The notes below the pieces were generated by a model, which did not search any database, was not told where the DNA came from, and was given only the letters and a program-made list of their open reading frames with translations. From NCBI GenBank assembly GCA_020891255.1, contig BQFW01000015.1:1550001-1614000 (forward strand): a DNA stretch of 64,000 nucleotides, written 5' to 3'. Positions 57,199-64,000 of the stretch are shown here, one piece after another (position 1 is the stretch's first letter; every line of letters begins with the position of its first letter). This DNA comes from Entomortierella parvispora E1425. Its lineage: Eukaryota > Fungi > Mortierellomycota. A program made the position numbers and the translations under genes.

Positions 57199-60100
57199 AT
57201 GAACAGGGCCCTGACCACTGCAGCCCCTGCTCCCTCTGGGCGCCAGGCTCTTAAAAAAAAGGCGGCCCCAACTACAAAGACAATATCCACTGCCCCTCTC
57301 ACCGTCTCTTTCACGGACAAGGCTGTTTCATCTGCACCCTCCTCTTCCTTGTCACCGTCGCCTAGTGCAGCTGTTGTAAGAGCAGCAATGACTCCCACCT
57401 CGCCTCTCCCTTCCTCCTTTTCTTCCCTTTCTCCCATCCAGAACAAAGTGGTGGTGGTGGTGACACAACCTCCATCGTCACCATCACAACAAAATCAGCA
57501 AGTACAACCATATCAAAAAGAGCCGCTTCAGCGATCCAGGACAAAGACCAGCACTACCGTTTGTGCACAGACTCGGGGCACCGTTGTTTCCAAACCTGTG
57601 ACAAACCCCTCCCGTCTCCCCTCTCGCACTTCTACTTCGTGCTCTTCTTCACCTCCCCCCATTCCTTCCACTCGCTCAACCAGAGTCCTCATCCCACCAC
57701 TCTCAACGCCTTCTTCTCGTATTCAATTGCACCAGCAACAACAGATTCCTCCTCTTATTCGGACCCGTCAATATCAATCTTCACAACAACAACAACGACA
57801 ACAACAGCTGCTGCTGCAAAAGCAACGACAGCGTCTTCGAACCATGACCTGGTTGGATCATTCATTGACTAAACCGACTATATCAGAAGAGCCTGTGTTG
57901 TTGGCAGTGGAGAACAAGAGAGGCAGCAGGACTCTCTCCATGTCACCGTTATCACCGTTGCCAAAAATAACGGTAAAGGATGAAAAGGATCTTGAAGGTC
58001 CAATCGCTGGTCATAACAGCAGTAACCAGCACGATGGCAGAAATGAAGATGAACACAGTCTCTATCAAGAGGAAGACGAAGAATACGAGAGCGAGCAAGA
58101 GGACGAGGGGTTGAGGACACTGATCCTTAATAGTGCAGGCGAAAGCCCCACAGAGGTGATGTCCTGGCTCCAGGAGGCTATCCAGACCGTCAACGTGCTC
58201 GAATCCAGAGTCCAGGAACTAGAGCAGGATTGCAGTGTAAGCACCCCCTGTTGCTGACACGGAATTCAGGCACCTCACTGAACTTCATTCTTATCTCGTT
58301 TCCCACAGCTGATCCCTCTTTACGAGCAAGATCGGATCCAGATGTCAGAAGTTATCCAAGGGCTGGACGAGATGGTGGTTCAGGACCGACAGTGGATCGA
58401 ACATACGGAGAGTGCAGTTCAATGGGCAGCTCATGTGCTCGAGGAGACGTTGTTAGGCTCTTTTCCGCCTGCCCACCAGAGAAATGGCACCGTGCCGTTA
58501 TCATTATCTGCAGCTGCAAGGATGAGAGGCTCCCGCTCAGAAGGCATGCTGCCGAATCTTGTCGCAGCGAGGAGTCAGCTTGATGAGGTTGTGGCTGAAC
58601 CCATTACGACGCCACTCGAGTCTCAGGGGGCTCTAGAGCAAAAGATGGCAAAACGACGGGGTACGCTCCAGGACGAAGAAACAGTGACGGCGGCGACATC
58701 ATCCGTCATGTCTGCAGAGGCGACACGGTATAGGGATGGTATCCAGGCCGCTCTTCGCCACTTGCGAACGATCGAACATTCACACACACTTTCTTCCTGC
58801 AGCAACAGCAACCACGGACAACAACGCGTGGATGAATCTACCAAGAGGAAGAGTCTGGTGCCAGACAAGGCCATGAAGACCTGGCTGGAGAATGCAAGCG
58901 TTACTAGTTTGACAAGCGACAGTGCGGCGATGCAGGTGGACGACAGTCAACTCGATATGACCTTTGATAACGATGACGATGAAGATGAAGAGGACGAATG
59001 CGAGCAGGAGGACAGGAGGGACTCGATCAACAAGGCCGCCCGTTTGAAAGCGTCGACAGGAACCATGACAGAACCACTTTCTTCTCCCTCATCCCCACAA
59101 CAGCACAGTCCAGCATCCAACCAACTCGTTCAGTCTTCGATTTCCCTCCAGGCCACCCTTTCGGGAAGCTCTCAGTCCATTATGGCTAACGCCGATCTCG
59201 GCGATCCTTGTCTTGTGGATGAGCGCATTTATTTGAAGCAGCATGTACAGGGGTTGGACCGATTACGACTCCAAGAAATAGAACGGCATCGAACCACAGA
59301 GTCGGGATATGGCCAGCTTGTTCAGGATCTGGCTCGTTTCTCAAATGAGATGCTTCAGGCAGTGAACACATTGACTGTTGCCCAGGCTGCTCTGGATGGA
59401 GCCAATGAGCTGTCGCTGCTGACTCTCCGGATGGTGGAGAAGGAAGAGGAGGAGCTGTCTGGATCCCAGAGTTCAGACATGGAGAACAAAAAGGGCCAGT
59501 CATCTCACTTGCAGACCAGTTCCCACTGCCAAAGAAAGGGTAACATGATCCGGAGCTCTTGCCGCGAGTTGACTGAGAGTGTGAGCCTCGTGGAGCTTGA
59601 GATCCGAAAGATGAGGCGACTGGCAGCAGACTGCGTGGGCATCACGGAGCTAGCCCATGAGCGTCTTGTCGCCGGAACTGATGGCGTGGCTACAAATGGA
59701 GCCAGTCCTTGTACAGACATCATCACCGCCTCAGAGAACGCGCCGTCTTCGCACCCGCCGCCAGTTCAACCGCAACCAAGGACGTCTCTGTCTATCAATG
59801 TACCTCCAGTGCAACTTCCATCGAACCAATCTCTTTTTGTGGATGGAGTGAGTCTGCAAGAGTTTGAAGCCCATCTTGCAGCTATCCGGAGCGACAAGAA
59901 GAACTCGTCCGCCGCCAATTCCATGATGACGCCCTTCATGAAGCGGGTCCTGGTCGAAGACATTCAACCCTGTCTGCTCGTGAATCTCTCGGACTCAGGT
60001 CATCATCACCGCAGCGCTAGCCGCGCCAGCATGAATGGCGGAAGGTGGATCGGCTCTCTTCTCGGCTCTCACCCACAAAGCCCTCAGGGCGACCTCCTTG

Positions 60101-60678
60101 ACACGTCCTCGCTCAACTCGGCTGCCCTGTTACCAAAGCTACTCAAAGCCATGGAGAAGAATGCTTGTGAAATCCAAACACTGAACGGATCGGCCAAAAT
60201 GTCTTCATCCGCCGTGGTCTCTACAATGTCTGCTGCTTCCGCTAGCAGCGTCAATGCACGCTGCTGTCTCTGCAGGATTGAACGGCCCTGTGAATTCCGA
60301 ATTCGGATATTGGAAGACCAAATCGCACCGGATGCTGTCTCGACGTCTTCTTCTTCCACTTCCACTTTGCAGATCGGCTCGAGAGCATTCAAAACAACCA
60401 GCATCATCTCTCAAGGTAACCAGAGCACCGCAAGTGGCAATCCCAGTCACTTTCACCCGTTAGATCGATTCTGCCGTGAGCGGGTCGTTGCAGTCTGTGA
60501 TTTCTACATGTTCATGGCTCATCTTCGTCAAGGTCTGTTGAATCATCAACCGAGCCTCGAGTTGTTCCGGAGAGCATTGGTTCTGAGGCAGCGTATGGGT
60601 CAGGCCAGGATTGGGTCCATGGATATTGTGGCTTCCACCGCTGTCAGTGCCAGTGCGGGCGATGTGACAAGACAATAA
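57199..60678 (+). CDS. Sec2/Rabin8-like Rab GEF-family protein (~1135 aa); intron 58237-58308
   Basis: C-terminal Sec2-type region FMKRVLVEDIQPCL...CCLCRIERPCEFR...HPLDRFCRERVVAVCDFYMFMAHLRQGL...LRQRMGQARIG, with an upstream coiled coil. Confidence 0.7.
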
Positions 60679-60743
60679 ACAAAAATAGCAGAATAGACGT
60701 AATATATTATTTTATATTTTTTTCTTTATTTTCGTTTCTACAT

Positions 60744-62224
60744 TTACATGTTGCCTCCCATAAGCTGTGCCCGAAGCTGAAGAATATTAGCCCTCTGATC
60801 CTCAGGCAAAGACGCGATATCTGCTGGTGTCAATGCCATAACCTGAGCCATAAGCTGGCGTTGTTGCTCTAAACACACATATATAATATTAAACAGTCAG
60901 TAAAAAACGCTCATAAAGCAGCAAAATCGTAGGCAAACACGTAGTCTTGTGCAATTACCTAATGAAGGTTGAGGAAGAGGAGCGCTGCCTTTCTGTGGTG
61001 GTGGAGGAGCCTGCGATGGTGGTGGTGGAGGTCCTCCTGGGAATCCATGGGGCGGTGGTGGTGGACGCTGACCAAGGTGGTGGGGAGGAGGAGGAGGAGG
61101 ACCGCCCATTCCCATGTGTGGATGTTGTGGAGGGGGTGGTCCTGGAGGCATGTGTTGCTGAGGAGGTGTTGGCATATTAGGTGCAGGAGACCCTTTGGGT
61201 CCGCCCGCTGGGAACATTCGCTAGAAGGAGGCAGGCACAGGGGAGAAAATTAACATCGTAGGACTGAAATTAGCAATAAAAGGTACGCCATCGCATTGAG
61301 TACGAGGTTCTTTACCTGTAATGAACTAGGTTCAACCAAGTTCATCATTAACAAAGCTTGGAATAGCGCATATGAGAGTTGGGGGTTTGCATTCAATACA
61401 GCCTTTGCCCGATCTGGTTCTGTTGCGCCAAGTACTTTCATAGAGGAGATCAGATCAAAGACATTTTGAGGTGTCATGGTAGCCAAAACTGCCGATATTG
61501 CGTCCGCCGAGTTGGGTCCTGGTGGTCCAGCGCCCCCGATCTGTGCTGGTGGTTGCGGTGCACCTGGCTGTGGCATGGGGGGTCGACCTCCTGGTGGCAT
61601 ATTGTTTCCCATGCGAGGATCCACTCGCCCCTGCTGAGGCGCCATGAATGGTGGGTGAGGGGGTCCTCCCATATTCCTTGGGGGCATAGGACCCCCAGCT
61701 GGAGGTCCGCTTGCAATATTCCTCATGAATGAGCCCTCATCCAGATCTCGTCCTCCGTTCCTTGCTGGATCCGACTCTGCAAAGTCAACCTTTAAGGACC
61801 GGTTTCCAATGTCTCTCCCGTTCAAGTTTCTCACAGCTGAGGCTGCTGTCCTTTCATCCTGAAATTCACAGAAGCCGTATCCTCTTGGCTTGGCTGTTTC
61901 GCGTTCAAACACCAATCTATCCAATGTTATCAGATCTGCCAAGTCAGTATTGATGTTCCAGGACGAATGAGATATAACCTGGTTCAAGCGTTTTGTCTGT
62001 CAAGTGTACCTGAAAGAAACCACCGGCCCTACTTCGCTGAAGATCTCGATCAGTTGTTCCTCTGTTTGTTCGTAGGGGATATTGCCCACTGTCGCGCAAA
62101 AAAGGAAAGAAGACATGTATGTTAGCTGCATGTATGAAATGCGGTGGCAACATTGATGCAGAGTCGCAGTCTCGCTTAAGCCTATAATCCTGTGCATACC
62201 GAAAACGACCTTTGACCCGCTCAT
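60744..62224 (-). CDS. CSTF2: Cleavage stimulation factor 64-kDa subunit (RRM, hinge, C-terminal domain), multi-exon
   Basis: MSGSKVVF|[13 protein letters not shown]...|[21 protein letters not shown], hinge DAISAVLA...[16 protein letters not shown], Pro-rich linker, and last exon ending ...[10 protein letters not shown]. Confidence 0.93.
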
Positions 62225-62383
62225 GATGTTGATGTAGATGGACAGGTTGAGAATGAACGGCAATCTGTCAATGGTGGCGAAGTGAGAAGGCAAAGAGGCG
62301 GATCCACGTTCATGATTCTTCACGTACAACAGACTGGGTGACGTCACCTGACCGGGGTCACATGATTCCCGCAGTTTTCTCCA

Positions 62384-62390
62384 TATAAAT
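62384..62390 (+). promoter_or_regulatory. Candidate TATA box (TATAAAT) for SUI1 in the CSTF2/SUI1 divergent promoter
   Basis: About 75 bp upstream of the SUI1 ATG, followed by a pyrimidine-rich leader. Confidence 0.45.
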
Positions 62391-62462
62391 TTTTTCTTGC
62401 TTCTGTTGTGTTCCTTCACCCCTTTCCCTCCACACTTCCCCTTTGTATATATCCATCGTACC

Positions 62463-63234
62463 ATGTCCGATATTCAGAACCTCCAGTCTTACGGTAAGAA
62501 CACCCGACACTGACCTGCCGCAACTTCACGGATGATTCCAACGGGCAACCGATGAGGGCGATTACCCTCACGGATCTAGATCAGTGTGCTCATCAGATGA
62601 TCCTCTTTCTTTGATCTATAGATCCCTTTGCCGACATCGGTGATGCCGGCAACACTGGCGATCAGCAGAGCTATATCCGTACGTGTTTCCTCCCTGACTG
62701 GCTGTCAAACTCATCAACGTCCTCCCCTCCATACAAACACACAACCCTTCCCCATCCACAGGGGTCAAAAGTGATGATAACTTTTTTATAACCGTAGCGG
62801 GGCTTTGACAAACCGTTTTGGTTTGTTTCCTGTTCTGTCGGTAGTATATTTTATATACGCCATTGTCATAGTTACACTGATTTATTTTGTTGACCCCTCC
62901 CCTCCCCTTCCCCCCTTTCACCTATCGTGTCCATTGTATGCCAGCTGATCCCACTGACTAACACTGTGTGTTTTAATGTCAAACAGATATCCGTATCCAG
63001 CAGCGTAACGGACGCAAGACCTTGACCACCATCCAAGGATTGCCTGCCACCTTTGACCAGAAGCGCATGCTCAAGATCTTCAAGAAGGATTTCGCTTGTA
63101 ACGGTACTTTGGTCGAGGACGAGGAGTTGGGATCTGTCATTCAGTTGCAGGGTGATCAGCGTACCAAGGTCTTGACCCTCTTGACCACCGAGGGTGGCAT
63201 TGACAAGAAGCAGATCAAGCTCCACGGATTCTAA
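62463..63234 (+). CDS. SUI1: Translation initiation factor eIF1, exons 62463-62493, 62622-62678 and 62987-63234 (111 aa)
   Basis: [10 protein letters not shown]|DPFAD...YI|[18 protein letters not shown]...KKDFACNG...IQLQGDQR...IKLHGF. Confidence 0.98.
62767..62884 (+). ncRNA. Intronic box C/D snoRNA, snR63/SNORD46-like, guiding 2'-O-methylation in LSU rRNA helix 69
   Basis: C box GTGATGA (62771-62777), D box CTGA (62877-62880), and flanking complementarity (GTCAAAA / TTTA..TTGAC). The 11-nt guide GTCATAGTTAC is the exact reverse complement of conserved LSU rRNA GUAACUAUGAC. Confidence 0.88.
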
Positions 63235-64000
63235 ATCCTGTCCCCTGTTGCCAACAAGAGAAGAAGAAAAGAAGAGACGGAGAGCCACCGCCATTATATC
63301 CAGCATCAAGTCTTTTTCCCAACGTTTTTTCTTCTCAGAAATCCCTATTCTGCTGTTGATCTACCCTCTCTCCTTGTATTTATATATGTACTGTATTATT
63401 TTTTTTTCTTTTTTTGATTTTCATAATAATATTCTCAATTGAAGTCAACCATGATTTACTTTCAGCTCTTTTTTTGTGGATGGATGTATGTTTGAAATGT
63501 TTATTTTTTTTTGTCGCGGAAATTGAATTGTGAGTGGTGGCGCTTTTGGCGTCGGTTTGTTTTGAATTCTTTTAGATGCGCCTGTGGCAGACTGCTTTCT
63601 GTCGCCAACTTGACGATGATGCCCTTTGTTCAATTGCCCCTTGATACCGCCCCAGCCAAATCCACATCTTGTGCAACAAGCGTGGGCAAGCATTGGGTAT
63701 GCTCGTGCAAACGTCGCGTTGAGGTTGCGCTGAAGTCTGGACAATGTTCTTTTTATGGTGAATAGGTGTAACATGCAACATCATGAACGTGGTTTGCTCG
63801 CACGACTTTGAAACGCGTCCCGCACTCTCTACATGATGTTGTGCATGCAGAACGTTTTTCGCGAGATAAAAGCGAGGGAACAGAAAGAAAACGTTCATCC
63901 ATCCCATCCTTCCCATGTCTTCTCAGTCATTTATCCCTCTGCGTGAAAAGGGATCACCCCTCAAGTTTTTTTTACTCGGTGCTTGGTTGGGAGCTGTCTC

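Noticed and set aside
62872-63309. 145-aa antisense ORF over SUI1
   Set aside because: A codon-bias shadow of SUI1 exon 3.
63445-63916. Minus-strand ORFs at the window end
   Set aside because: No recognisable motifs in any frame. They may be part of a gene starting outside the window but cannot be supported.
1-64000. Prokaryotic operons, defence systems or rRNA genes
   Set aside because: Genes are spliced and eukaryotic throughout, with no rRNA-like or bacterial segments seen.

Overview
Eukaryotic, intron-rich, gene-dense fungal DNA of roughly 50% GC, with GT-AG introns of about 60-370 nt and CTAAC-type branch points. Gene content and style (F-box/LRR family members, a DUF3712-type secreted protein) suggest an early-diverging Mortierellaceae-like fungus; this is inference. 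I can support about 25 spliced protein genes. These include ILV1, a TMEM223-like gene, a CCDC137-like gene, a PHOSPHO-type phosphatase, NPR3, PUP1, BMT5, GLO2, PRP19, IMPDH, a Myb-repeat gene, two F-box/LRR genes, REC8, a Sec2-like gene, CSTF2/RNA15 and SUI1/eIF1. There is also one tRNA-Asp(GTC), one intronic box C/D snoRNA and one LTR retrotransposon. Highlights: (1) a three-OB-fold protein with motif-level resemblance to vertebrate Shieldin subunit SHLD2/FAM35A. (2) A 3976-bp Ty3/Gypsy element with 303-bp LTRs that appear identical and a 4-bp TSD. Its single open ORF keeps Gag and protease but has an in-frame deletion of RT core, RNase H and the integrase N-terminus, and it sits 356 bp upstream of meiotic REC8. 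(3) A snR63/SNORD46-type snoRNA hidden in eIF1 intron 2. (4) An eIF1 start codon in strong rather than the usual poor context. (5) A Myb-repeat protein with a mitochondrial-type presequence. (6) A Sec2-like protein with a degenerate GEF coil. All family assignments come from motifs recalled by eye; no searches were run, and exon boundaries are manual.
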